Assembly (NCBI GenBank): GCA_963777835.1
Contig: CAVZRK010000003.1
Location: 43,429 to 107,428 of the forward strand
DNA length: 64,000 bases
Reading direction: 5' to 3'
Source: an uncultured Gemmatimonadales bacterium
Lineage (GTDB): Bacteria > Gemmatimonadota > Gemmatimonadetes > Gemmatimonadales > GWC2-71-9
Shown here: positions 9,870-20,673 of the stretch, in pieces
Numbering within the stretch: position 1 is the first letter of the stretch
Layout: every line of letters starts with the position of its first letter
Position numbers and translations under genes: made by a program
Notes under the pieces: model-generated
Database searches by the model: none
Seen by the model: only the letters and a program-made list of their open reading frames with translations
Told to the model about the DNA's origin: nothing

Positions 9870-11552
9870 ATGCGCCCTGGCACTCTCCTTCTCCTCGGCG
9901 TGCTCGTCACGCTGGCGTCCTGCCGGCCGAAGCCGGCCTATGACCTCGTCATCCGCCACGGCACGGTGTACGACGGGACCGGTGGGGAGCCCGCGGTCGG
10001 CGACGTGGCGGTGCTCGGCGACTCGATCGTGGCCGTTGGCGACCTCGGCGGCGCGCGGGGCCGGGTCGAGGTGGACGCCACCGGGCTCGCGGTGGCCCCG
10101 GGCTTCATCAACATGCTCAGCTGGGCCACGGAAGACCTGCTCGTCGACGGCCGCTCGCAAGGCGACATCCGGCAGGGCGTGACGCTGGAGGTGTTCGGCG
10201 AGGGCTGGTCGATGGGACCGCTCACCGACACGATGCGGGCGCAACTCATCGCCCAGCAGGGCGACCTGACCTTCGACGTCCCGTGGACCTCGCTCGGCGA
10301 GTACCTCGACCACGTCGTGTCGCGGGGTGTCGCGACGAACGTGGCGTCGTTCGTCGGCGCCACCACGGTCCGCATCCACGAGGTCGGCTTCACCAATCGC
10401 CCCGCCACGCCCGAGGAACTGGCGCGGATGCAGGACCTGGTGCGGCAGGCGATGGCGGAGGGCGCGCTCGGCGTCGGGTCCTCGCTCATCTACGCCCCCG
10501 CCAACTACGCCACCACCGAGGAGCTCGTCGCGCTGGCGCGCGCGGCCGGGGAATCGGGCGGGATGTACATCTCGCACATGCGGGACGAAGGGAAGGGGCT
10601 CCTCACGGCGACTCGGGAACTCATCACCATCGCCAGCCAGGCGGGGGTGCCCGCCGAGATCTACCACCTCAAGGCGTCGGGCCGGCCCAACTGGGGCAAG
10701 CTCGACTCGCTGATCGCGCTGATCGACTCCGCCCGCGCGGCCGGGCTCCGGATCACCACCGACATGTACACCTATCCTGCGAGCTCGACCGGACTCGACG
10801 CGACGATGCCGACCTGGGTGCAGGAGGGGGGGCACGACGCCTGGGTGGCACGGCTCAAGGACCCAGCCGTCCGGAAGCGACTCCTGGGCGAAATGCGCGG
10901 CGACGCCGGGTTCGACAACGCCTTCGTGAACGCGGGGGGCGCGGACGGCATCCTGCTCGTCAGCTTCAAGAACCCCGCCCTCAAGCCGCTCACCGGGAAG
11001 ACGCTCGCCGAAGTGGCCCGGATGCGTGGCACGTCGCCCGAGGAAACGGCGATGGACCTCGTGATCGAGGACGACAGCCGGGTCGGGTGCGTCTTCTTCA
11101 CGATGTCGGAGGAGAACGTCCGCAGGGAGATGCAGCTGCCGTACATGAGTTTCGGCTCCGACGGCGGCTCGATGAGCACCGAGGGCCCCTTCCTGCTCTC
11201 GGGGACCCATCCCCGCGCCTATGGCAACTTTGCGCGCCTCCTTGGCAAGTACGTCCGTGAGGAGCAGCTGCTGACGCTCACCGAGGCGATCCGCCGCCTC
11301 ACGTCGCAGCCCGCCGACAACCTGAAGCTGTCCCGGCGCGGGCGGCTCGCGCCGGGCGTCCACGCCGACATCGTGGTCTTCGACCCCGCCACCATTATCG
11401 ACCGGGCCACCTTCGACCAGCCGCACCAGTACGCGACCGGCGTCCAGCACGTCTGGGTGAACGGGATCCAGGTGCTGCGCGACGGGGAGCCGACCGGCGC
11501 CGCCGCGGGCCGGGTGGTGCGCGGGCCGGGATACCGGGCTGCGGCCAATTGA
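9870..11552 (+). CDS. N-acyl-D-amino-acid deacylase (amidohydrolase), lipoprotein-like signal
   Basis: Motifs VAPGFINML, YISHMRDEG, HPRAYGNF and RGRLAPG..ADIVVFDP. Confidence 0.85.
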   Translation: MRPGTLLLLGVLVTLASCRPKPAYDLVIRHGTVYDGTGGEPAVGDVAVLGDSIVAVGDLGGARGRVEVDATGLAVAPGFINMLSWATEDLLVDGRSQGDIRQGVTLEVFGEGWSMGPLTDTMRAQLIAQQGDLTFDVPWTSLGEYLDHVVSRGVATNVASFVGATTVRIHEVGFTNRPATPEELARMQDLVRQAMAEGALGVGSSLIYAPANYATTEELVALARAAGESGGMYISHMRDEGKGLLTATRELITIASQAGVPAEIYHLKASGRPNWGKLDSLIALIDSARAAGLRITTDMYTYPASSTGLDATMPTWVQEGGHDAWVARLKDPAVRKRLLGEMRGDAGFDNAFVNAGGADGILLVSFKNPALKPLTGKTLAEVARMRGTSPEETAMDLVIEDDSRVGCVFFTMSEENVRREMQLPYMSFGSDGGSMSTEGPFLLSGTHPRAYGNFARLLGKYVREEQLLTLTEAIRRLTSQPADNLKLSRRGRLAPGVHADIVVFDPATIIDRATFDQPHQYATGVQHVWVNGIQVLRDGEPTGAAAGRVVRGPGYRAAAN

Positions 11553-11618
11553 CGCCGGTGCGGATTCCCTCGCCCGGCCGTTAGATTTCCCGACTCATCC
11601 CCGACCTGCGATCCGAAC

Positions 11619-13292
11619 ATGACCGTCACCGCCGGCCCCATCCCGATTCGCGCCCCCCGGGGCACCGCCCTCTCCTGCAAGGGTTGGCATCAGGAGGCCG
11701 CGCTCCGCATGCTGATGAACAACCTCGACCCGGACGTCGCCGAGCGCCCGGAGGAGTTGATCGTCTACGGCGGCGGTGGAAAGGCGGCGCGGGACTGGCC
11801 GAGCTACCACCGGATCGTCTCCACGCTCCAGCGGCTGAACAACGACGAGACGCTCCTGGTGCAGAGCGGCAAGCCGGTCGGCGTCTTCCGGACGCACGAG
11901 GAGGCGCCGCGGGTGCTGATCGCCAACGCCAACCTCGTCCCGCGCTGGGCCACCTGGGACGAGTTCCGCCGGCTCGACGCCCTCGGACTCACGATGTACG
12001 GGCAGATGACCGCCGGGTCATGGATCTACATCGGCACGCAGGGAATCCTGCAGGGCACGTACGAGACGTTTGCCGAGTGCGCACGGCAGCACTTCGGCGG
12101 CACGCTGGCCGGTCGGCTGGTCGTGACCGGTGGCCTCGGCGGGATGGGCGGCGCGCAGCCGCTGGCCGCCACGATGAACGGCGCCGCCTTTCTCGGCGTG
12201 GACGTGGACGCCACGCGCATTCAGCGGCGGGTCGACACCGGCTACTGCGACGCCCTGTCCACCGACCTCGACGCGGCGCTCGCCCTCGTCGAACGGGCGC
12301 GCGCCGAGCGGCGGGCCTACTCGGTCGGGCTGGTCGGCAACATCGCCGAGGTGCTGCCGGAACTGCTGCGCCGGGGCGTCACGCTCGACGTGGTGACGGA
12401 CCAGACCTCGGCCCACGACCTCCGGCTCGGGTACATCCCGGTCGGGCTGAGCCTTGCCCAGGCGGCGGAGCTGCGGGCGGCGGACCCGAAGGGGTACGAG
12501 AGCCGGGTGCTCGACTCGATGGTGGTCCACGTCCAGGCGATGCTCGAGCTCCAGCGGCGAGGGGCGGTGGTCTTCGACTACGGGAACAACCTCCGCGGCC
12601 AGGTGGCCGACCTGCGCGCCATGCCGGAGGCGTTCGACTTCCCCGGGTTCGTGCCGGCCTTCATCCGGCCGCTGTTCTGCCGCGGCGCGGGGCCGTTCCG
12701 CTGGGCGGCGCTCTCCGGGAATCCCCGGGACATCGCCGTGACCGACGACGCGGTGCTCGAGACCTTCCCGAAGCACGAGGCGCTGGCCCGGTGGATCCGG
12801 CAGGCCCGCGAGAAGGTGCACTTCCAGGGCCTGCCGGCGCGGATCTGCTGGCTGGAGTACGGGGAGCGCGCCGAGATGGGGCTTCGGTTCAACTGGCTGG
12901 TGAAGAAGGGGAAGGTCGAGGCGCCGATCGTCATCGGGCGGGACCACCTCGACACCGGGTCGGTCGCGTCGCCCAACCGCGAGACGGAAGGGATGATGGA
13001 CGGCTCCGACGCCATCGCCGACTGGCCGCTGCTCAACGCCATGCTGAACACGGCGTGCGGGGCCAGCTGGGTGTCGCTGCACCACGGCGGCGGGGTCGGC
13101 ATCGGCTACTCCCTGCATTCGGGGATGGTGGCGGTGGCGGACGGGACGGAGATGGCCGACCGCCGGCTCCAGCGGGTGTTGACCGCCGATCCGGGCACCG
13201 GCGTGATGCGGCACGCCGACGCGGGCTACCCGATCGCGATCGACACCGCCAACGAGCGCGGGATCGACTTGCCGATGATCAACGGCGGATGA
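11619..13292 (+). CDS. hutU: Urocanate hydratase
   Basis: Motifs [35 protein letters not shown] and [18 protein letters not shown]. Confidence 0.97.
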   Translation: MTVTAGPIPIRAPRGTALSCKGWHQEAALRMLMNNLDPDVAERPEELIVYGGGGKAARDWPSYHRIVSTLQRLNNDETLLVQSGKPVGVFRTHEEAPRVLIANANLVPRWATWDEFRRLDALGLTMYGQMTAGSWIYIGTQGILQGTYETFAECARQHFGGTLAGRLVVTGGLGGMGGAQPLAATMNGAAFLGVDVDATRIQRRVDTGYCDALSTDLDAALALVERARAERRAYSVGLVGNIAEVLPELLRRGVTLDVVTDQTSAHDLRLGYIPVGLSLAQAAELRAADPKGYESRVLDSMVVHVQAMLELQRRGAVVFDYGNNLRGQVADLRAMPEAFDFPGFVPAFIRPLFCRGAGPFRWAALSGNPRDIAVTDDAVLETFPKHEALARWIRQAREKVHFQGLPARICWLEYGERAEMGLRFNWLVKKGKVEAPIVIGRDHLDTGSVASPNRETEGMMDGSDAIADWPLLNAMLNTACGASWVSLHHGGGVGIGYSLHSGMVAVADGTEMADRRLQRVLTADPGTGVMRHADAGYPIAIDTANERGIDLPMINGG

Positions 13293-14515
13293 GCGTCCTC
13301 CGCAACATCGGCCTGCTGGCCACCTGCCGACCTGCGGGCGGCCAGGGGGAGATCCACCCGATCCCGCACGCCGCCGTGGCGTGGGACGCGGACACGATCC
13401 GGTGGGTCGGCCCGGAGGCCGAGCTGCCGGCGGAGTTCGCCCGCGGCGAATCGCTCGACGCCGGGGGCCGGCTGGTCGTGCCGGGGCTGGTGGACTGCCA
13501 CACCCACCTCGCGTTCGGCGGCTGGCGCGCCGACGAATTCGAAATGCGCCTGCAAGGCGTCGGGTACCTCGACATCGCGCGGGCGGGCGGCGGCATCATG
13601 TCCACCGTCCGGGCCACCCGCGCGGCGACCGACACCGAACTCCTCGCCAGGGCGACCGCCGCGCTGGAGGGAATGCGGCGGCTCGGCGTCACGACGGTGG
13701 AGTGCAAGAGCGGGTACGGGCTCGACCTCGACACCGAGCTCCGGCTGCTCCGGGTGTACCAGACGCTCGCCGCCACCCAGCCGAGCCGGATCGTGCCCAC
13801 CTTCCTGGGCGCGCACGTGGTGCCCACCGAGCACCGGGCGGATCGGCAGGCGTACCTGCGCCTGCTGCTCGACGAGATGATCCCGGCGGTGGCGGCGGCC
13901 GGGCTGGCCGTCTGTTGCGACGTGTTCGTCGAGGACACCGCGTTCAGCGTGGACGAGGCGCGGGAGATCTTCCGGGCGGGCAAGGCCGCCGGGCTCGCCC
14001 CGAAGCTGCACGCCGACCAGCTCTCCGCCGGCGGCGGTGCCGAGCTGGCCGCCGAGGTGGGGGCGTGGAGCGCCGATCACCTGGAGTGTTCCTCCGACGC
14101 CGGCATCGCCGCCATGGCGGCGGCCGGGGTCGTGGCGGTGAGCCTGCCGATCGCGACGCTCTACCTCCGCCAGCAGCCGATGCCGGCGCGCAAGTTCATC
14201 GCGGCGGGCGTCCCGGTGGCCGTGGCCACGGACTTCAACCCGGGGTCGGCGCCGAGCTGGGACCTCCCGCTCGCCATGATGCTCGCCTGCCACCTGCAGC
14301 GGATGACGCCCGCGGAGGCGCTGAAGGGGGCCACGAGCATCGCGGCCCGCGCGGTGGGATTGCTGGGGCAGACCGGGGAGGTGTCGGTGGGGTGCCGCGC
14401 CGACCTGGCGGTCATCGACTCGCCGGACGTGAATCACTGGCTCTATCACTTCCGGCCGAACGCGTGCGTACTCACCGTCGCCGCCGGCCGCGTCTGCTGG
14501 CAGGCGGCGGGGTAG
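13289..14515 (+). CDS. hutI: Imidazolonepropionase
   Basis: Motifs [30 protein letters not shown] and ATDFNPGS. Confidence 0.95.
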   Translation: MSVLRNIGLLATCRPAGGQGEIHPIPHAAVAWDADTIRWVGPEAELPAEFARGESLDAGGRLVVPGLVDCHTHLAFGGWRADEFEMRLQGVGYLDIARAGGGIMSTVRATRAATDTELLARATAALEGMRRLGVTTVECKSGYGLDLDTELRLLRVYQTLAATQPSRIVPTFLGAHVVPTEHRADRQAYLRLLLDEMIPAVAAAGLAVCCDVFVEDTAFSVDEAREIFRAGKAAGLAPKLHADQLSAGGGAELAAEVGAWSADHLECSSDAGIAAMAAAGVVAVSLPIATLYLRQQPMPARKFIAAGVPVAVATDFNPGSAPSWDLPLAMMLACHLQRMTPAEALKGATSIAARAVGLLGQTGEVSVGCRADLAVIDSPDVNHWLYHFRPNACVLTVAAGRVCWQAAG

Positions 14516-14520
14516 CGCTC

Positions 14521-14562
14521 CTTCTGTCATTGCGAGGCCACGCCGTGGCCGAAGCAATCTCG
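14521..14562 (+). repeat. REP-like palindrome (TGTCATTGCGAG...GAAGCAATCT family), single copy
   Basis: CTTCTGTCATTGCGAGGCCACGCCGTGGCCGAAGCAATCTCG; nearly identical to 15530-15567. Confidence 0.8.
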
Positions 14563-14573
14563 ATTGAGGCTCC

Positions 14574-15513
14574 ATGCTGAACTTCACCCAGCCCGACGTG
14601 ATCCTCCCCACGACCGGGGACGACGATCCCCGCCTCGGCCACCTGCTCGGCACGCGGTTGGCCGGCGGCACGGCGCCACGCGTGGTCCTGGTCGGGTTTC
14701 CCGTCGGACGAGGGGGTGCACCGGAACGGCGGCCGGGTCGGGGCGGCGGGGGCGCCCGACGAGATCCGGCGGATGCTGTTCCGCCTGACGCCCGACGCCG
14801 AGCGGTTCGAGGAGTCGGTGGACCTGCTGGAGCACACCCTGGACCTCGGCAACATCGCCCTGAGCGACGACGTCGAGCGGGACCAGGCGCTGCTCGGCGA
14901 GGTGCTGGCGCCGCACCTGGCCACCGGGTCGTTCGTCATCGTGCTCGGCGGGGGGCACGAGACCTCCTTCGGGCACTTCCAGGGCTACGCGAGCCGCGAT
15001 GCACGGGTCGGCATCCTCAACTGGGACGCGCACCCCGACGTGCGCGAGCTGCAGGGCGGGCTGGGCCACGCGGGCTCGGCGTTCCGCCAGGCGATCCTCG
15101 ATCCCTCCGGGGCCTGCCGTCAGTTCGTCGCGGCGGGGCTGCTGCCGCACGTGGTGGCGCGGTCACACCTCGAGTTCCTGGCGGCGCACGGCGCGCGCTT
15201 CGTCTGGCGGCGCGACCTCTCGCCGGCGCGGATCGACGAGATCTACGGGTCGCTCGAGGGGCCGTCCTTCGTGAGCTTCGACATCGACGCGGTGGACCAG
15301 GCGGAGGCGCCGGGAGCGAGCTCGCCGTCGGTCGGCGGGATCCCGGTGGACCTCTGGCTCCACGCCGCCTACCGGGCGGGGCGGACGCGGGCGGTGCGGT
15401 CCTGCGACGTCGTGGAGATGAACCCGGTGTACGACCGGGACAACGCGGCGGCGCGCCTGGCGGCGGCGACGGTCTGGCACGTGTTGAAGGGGCTGGTGGA
15501 GCGGGAGCTGTAG
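14574..15513 (+). CDS. hutG: Formimidoylglutamase (arginase family); frameshift near 14700-14715
   Basis: DDPRLG..VVLVGFP, then RNGGRVGAAGAPDEIR, LGGGHETSFG, NWDAHPDVR, SFDIDAV and DVVEMNP; follows hutI. Confidence 0.88.
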
Positions 15514-15529
15514 GGGCAGCAGGCACTTG

Positions 15530-15629
15530 TGTCATTGCGAGGCCACAAAGTGGCCGAAGCAATCTCGGTCGTGGGGGACGGCAGATTGCTTCGTCGGCCC
15601 CTCTGGGGGCCTCCTCGCAATGACAGAAG
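15530..15629. repeat. Inverted doublet of the REP-like palindrome (REPIN-like)
   Basis: TGTCATTGCGAGG..GAAGCAATCT (15530-15567) faces AGATTGCTTCG..CCTCGCAATGACAGAAG (15583-15629). Confidence 0.82.
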
Positions 15630-15630
15630 C

Positions 15631-16691
15631 TTACGTCAGCGCCGGCCACTGCTGGGAGACGCAGTGGAACGCGCCGAGTCCCCAGACGAGGTCCACGGCG
15701 TCGACGGGCGCCACGTGGCGGGTGGGGAAGAGTTCCTGGAGCGTGGCCCGCGCGATCTCGTCGCGCTCCGGGTCGTAGGCCGGCAGGAGCACCACGCCGT
15801 TCGCGATGTAGAAGTTGGCGTAGCTCGCCGGGAGGCGCTGGCCGTCCTGGTACAGGGGGCGCGGCATCGGCAGCGTCACGACACGAAGCGGCCGGCCGTC
15901 CTGGTCGGTCATGGTCCGGAGCCGCTCCAGGTTCGCCTGGAGCGGCTCGTGGTTTTCATCCTGGGGGTCGTCCTCGACCACCGTCACCACCGTCCGCTCG
16001 TCGGTGAAGCGGGTGATGTCGTCCACGTGCCCGTCGGTGTCGTCGCCGACGATGCCGTCGCCCAGCCAGAGGATGTGGCGCACCCCGAGGTAGTCCTGCA
16101 GGAAGCGCTCGATGTCGGCGCGGGAGAGGTCCGGGTTCCGGTTGGGATGGAGGAGGCAGGCCTCCGTGGTGAGGAGCGTGCCGGCGCCGTTGACGTCGAG
16201 CGAGCCCCCCTCCATCACGATGCCCGGGTGGAAGACCGGCAGGCCGTACTCCTTGCCGATGCGGGTGGGAATGACGTCGTCGAGGTCGAACGGCGGGTAC
16301 TTGTTCCCCCAGGCGTTGTAGCCCCAGTCCACGATCGCCTCCTCGCGCCGTCCGTTGACGGTGCGCTGGACGAAACAGGGGCCGTGGTCGCGGCACCAGG
16401 CGTCGTTGGTGGGGTTGTCGTGGAGGATGACGCGGCCGGCGGGGAGCGCGAGCGGTTTCAGGAGGCGGGCGATCTCGTCGGCCATGTCCGGGCCGGTCAC
16501 GTTGATGTGCACTTCCTCGTGCGGCGCCAGGAGCCGGACCATCTCGGCGAAGACCCCTGGCACCGGGCCGAACTTGCCGGGCCAGGAGGATTCGCGGTGC
16601 GGCCAGGAGAGCCAGGTGCCGCGGTGCGGCGCCCACTCCGCCGGCATCCGGTACCCGAGCTCGGCGGGGGTCGCGTGGTGCCGGGGCGCGC

Positions 16692-16695
<4 letters not shown>
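15631..16695 (-). CDS. aguA: Agmatine deiminase
   Basis: Motifs RMPAEW, DAWCRDHGP, MEGGSLDVNG, DDTDGHVD, ASYANFY and GAFHCVSQQ. Confidence 0.93.
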
Positions 16696-17588
<893 letters not shown>

Positions 17589-17617
17589 GCCGTCAAAATA
17601 GGGCTATTATCACCACC

Positions 17618-17644
17618 TGCAACTTCCGACCGCCCGTCCCCGTC
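17618..17644 (+). promoter_or_regulatory. Putative ECF sigma promoter for the Ig/LVIVD gene
   Basis: TGCAACT-N16-CGTC. Confidence 0.45.
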
Positions 17645-17691
17645 GGGCGAAGACCCTTCCGTCCACACCGTCCAGTCGCCCGGAGCCCCGC

Positions 17692-19653
17692 ATGCTCGTG
17701 CCGTTGCTGCTCGTCCTCGCGCAGGAGCCTCAGCAGGCCGCCCCTTCGCCGGTGGCCCGCGTGGAAGTCACCCCGTCGAGCGCCGAGGTCCAGGTCGGCC
17801 AGGCGATCCAGATGGAGGCCCGGGCCGTCGGAGCCGACGGGCAGACCGTCCCGGCCGCGAAGATCCGCTGGTTCGCCAACGGGAACGGCGGCACGGTGGA
17901 TTCCACCGGGCTCGTGAAGGGCGGGTTCATCGGTACCACCCAGATCACGGCCGTGGCGGTGGTGCCGGGGACCAAGAATGCACTGGGGAGCGCGTCGGTC
18001 CGCATCGTGCCCGCCCCCGCCGCCAGGGTCGAGTTCGTCGACGCGCCGACCCGGGTGGTGGCAGGGACCCGTCTCACGCTCCTGACCGCCGTCTTCAGCG
18101 CGCAAGGCGACCGGCGCTCCGACGAGGTGGTGTACAGCTCCAGCAATTCACGGGTGGCCAGCGTCACTCCGGATGGCCGCCTGAACGCGCTGGCGGCCGG
18201 CAGGGCGGTGATCACCGCCAGGGCGGGCACGGCATCGGCCACCCTCCCGATCGACGTCCTGGGCAACACCGTGGCCTCCGTGAGGCTCACGCCCGGTCAG
18301 ACCACCGTCCGCACGGGCGACGTCGTGGCCTTCTCGGCCGCGGCCACCCAGGCGAACGGGACGAGCCTGGCCGGGGTGGCGACGCGCTGGAGCGTGGCGG
18401 GAGGCCAGGGGGTGGGGATGATCGGCCCCGACGGGTCGTTCGTGGCCGAGACGCCGGGGAGCTACACGGTGACCGCCGAGATCGGCGGGCGGACGGCTGA
18501 CGCACTCGTCACGGTGACGCCGCGCAAGGCGGGCCGCGGCTTCGAGGTGCTCGGCCGGGTGCCGGTGCCGGTGCGCGCCGCGGAGGTGTGGATCCATCCG
18601 GACGGCAAGTGCGCCTACCTGACCACCATTTCCGACCGGGTGTACGCGATCGACGTGTCGGATCCGCGGGCGCCGCGGATCGTGGACTCGATGATGACCG
18701 ATGCGCGGCTGGTCAACGACGTGATGACGACCGAGGACGGGAAGTATGGCGTCTTCTCGCGGGAGGGCTCGTCCAACCGGAAGGACGGCATCGTCATCTT
18801 CGACGCGAGCGACGCCTGTCATCCGAAGCCGGTCGCGCAGTATACGGAGACGGTGTCCGGCGGCGTCCACAGCAGCTACGTGTACAAGGGGTACGTGTTC
18901 CTGACCGACGACGCGACCGGTTCGATGCGGGTCATCGACATCCGGGATCCGCTCCAGCCGCGCGAGGTGGCGCGCTGGCAGACCGAGCAGGTGACCGAGG
19001 GCCGGTACCTCCACGACATCGCGGTGACCGACGGGATCGCCTACCTGAGCTACTGGGACGACGGGCTGGTGGTGCTCGACGTCGGAAACGGCGTGAAGGG
19101 GGGCAGCCCCGAAAATCCGAAATTCGTCTCGCAGTTCAAGTACGATCTCGACGCCCTCTACGCCCGGGTGGACGAGTACTGGGGCCTGAGCGCGCGGGGG
19201 ACCCACACCGCGTGGCGCGCCGGGAAGTACGTCTTCATCGGCGACGAGGTGTACGCCAGCCGCCCCTCCACGGGGCTCAAGGACGGCAACGACCTGACCT
19301 TCGGCCGTCTCCAGGTGCTCGACGTGTCCAACCTGGAGAAGCCGAAGCTGGTGGCGTGGTACGAGCCGACCGACGGCGGCGTGCACAACATCTGGGTCGC
19401 CGGGGACACCCTGTACATGGGCAACTACCAGGGCGGCGCCCGGGCGGTGGACATCTCGGGCGAGCTCAAGGGCGACCTGCTCCGGCAGGGGCGTGAAATG
19501 GCGTGGACCTACACGGCCGACGACCAGGGGGCCAAGCCACGGGCCACGTTCGCCTGGGGTGCCGTCGTGAAGGACGGGACGATCTACGTGCCGGACATCA
19601 ACACGGGGCTGTGGATCCTACGGCTGGAGCCGAAGGGGGCGCCGACGCCGTAG
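17692..19653 (+). CDS. Exported protein with Ig-like (Big_2) domains and an LVIVD beta-propeller
   Basis: VARVEVTP/YSSSNSRVASV Ig repeats; LVIVD-type repeats YAIDVSDP, VIDIRDP, VVLDVG and QVLDVSN. Confidence 0.8.
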   Translation: MLVPLLLVLAQEPQQAAPSPVARVEVTPSSAEVQVGQAIQMEARAVGADGQTVPAAKIRWFANGNGGTVDSTGLVKGGFIGTTQITAVAVVPGTKNALGSASVRIVPAPAARVEFVDAPTRVVAGTRLTLLTAVFSAQGDRRSDEVVYSSSNSRVASVTPDGRLNALAAGRAVITARAGTASATLPIDVLGNTVASVRLTPGQTTVRTGDVVAFSAAATQANGTSLAGVATRWSVAGGQGVGMIGPDGSFVAETPGSYTVTAEIGGRTADALVTVTPRKAGRGFEVLGRVPVPVRAAEVWIHPDGKCAYLTTISDRVYAIDVSDPRAPRIVDSMMTDARLVNDVMTTEDGKYGVFSREGSSNRKDGIVIFDASDACHPKPVAQYTETVSGGVHSSYVYKGYVFLTDDATGSMRVIDIRDPLQPREVARWQTEQVTEGRYLHDIAVTDGIAYLSYWDDGLVVLDVGNGVKGGSPENPKFVSQFKYDLDALYARVDEYWGLSARGTHTAWRAGKYVFIGDEVYASRPSTGLKDGNDLTFGRLQVLDVSNLEKPKLVAWYEPTDGGVHNIWVAGDTLYMGNYQGGARAVDISGELKGDLLRQGREMAWTYTADDQGAKPRATFAWGAVVKDGTIYVPDINTGLWILRLEPKGAPTP

Positions 19654-19720
19654 GGGCGGGGCAGGGAGGCAGGGAGGCAGGAAACGAACGACCCCCCGGG
19701 GATGTCCCCGGGGGGTCGTT
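19654..19720 (+). repeat. G-tract 8-mer tandem plus terminator-like hairpin (copy 1)
   Basis: GGGCGGGGCAGGGAGGCAGGGAGGCAGG followed by AACGACCCCCCGGGG-ATGT-CCCCGGGGGGTCGTT. Confidence 0.7.
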
Positions 19721-19737
19721 GCAATTCGCGCGGCCGA

Positions 19738-20519
19738 TCAGGTCGGCGAGTCGCAGGTACCGCCGGAGAAACTGCCGGCGTTCACCGTGGTGCTGCCGTA
19801 CTTGATCGCGTACGAGCCGCCGACGCCGAACTCATCGTACTCGCCGGTCGCGGTCAGGGTGAGCGACCCCTGAGTGGCGTTGACCGTGATGGTCGACGCG
19901 GTCGCCGTCCCGGCAAACGACTGCACCGTACCCCCATCGGAAACCACCGTCCCGAGCACCGAGGTCCCGGCGATGACCATGCTGAACGTGCCGGAGTCGT
20001 CCTCCGGCGGATTCGTGGTGAAGTCCTGGCCGGCGTAGCTTCCGCAGAGTGCGATGGCCGGGGCGCTTGCGGAGCTGCCCGCGGCGACGAGGGTGCCGTC
20101 GGCGCGGCCCAGGCGCCGTGAAGGTTCCGGTCAGCTTCCCGTTCGAAAGCGTGCCCGCCAGCGCCCACCCGGTCCCGGTCATGTTCAGCGTGGCGCCATC
20201 CAGCGTGCCAGCGATGGCGACGGGAGCATTCCCTCCGAGAGCGACCGTCCCGGTTGCGTTCACCGGTGCACCACTCGAACGCGCCGGCCCCGCACCCGGC
20301 TCCTGGAGGATCGGCGGCGCCGAGACTGCGCTCGCAAAGGTGATGTCGAGGGGGCCCGTCTGGCCGTCGGTGCTGACCAGAGCCCACATAATCGGTCGCG
20401 GCCGTGGAGCCGCCGCCGTCGTCATCGTTGTCGTCGTCACTGCAGGCGCCAAGGGAAACGCCGAGCAGGAGGATGGATGCCGCGGTGATACGGCGGAATG
20501 CAAATGCGGTCTTCGTCAT
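19738..20519 (-). CDS. Hypothetical beta-rich lipoprotein; frameshifts near 20380 and 20105
   Basis: MTKTAF..VSLGAC lipobox; the reading continues across three frames to ..GGTCDSPT. Confidence 0.65.
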
Positions 20520-20616
20520 GGGCGGGACTCCGGGAAAATGGGTGTCGAGGAGCGGGTGGCGGACGGCAATGGACGCCGGCCGAGCGGCGGGCGATTGACG
20601 AATTTGCGTTCGGCCG

Positions 20617-20646
20617 GTTATTTCCCCGTTACCCGGCCGGTAACGG
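20617..20646. promoter_or_regulatory. Candidate operator between the divergent lipoprotein and BTAD regulator genes
   Basis: CCGTTACC-N5-GGTAACGG palindrome (20626-20646) plus a GTTA direct repeat spaced 11 nt. Confidence 0.4.
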
Positions 20647-20673
20647 CACCCCCTCCCGCACATCGGCTTCCGC

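Noticed and set aside
14521-15629. CRISPR array
   Set aside because: There are only three palindromic copies in mixed orientation, with no regular spacers and no cas genes.
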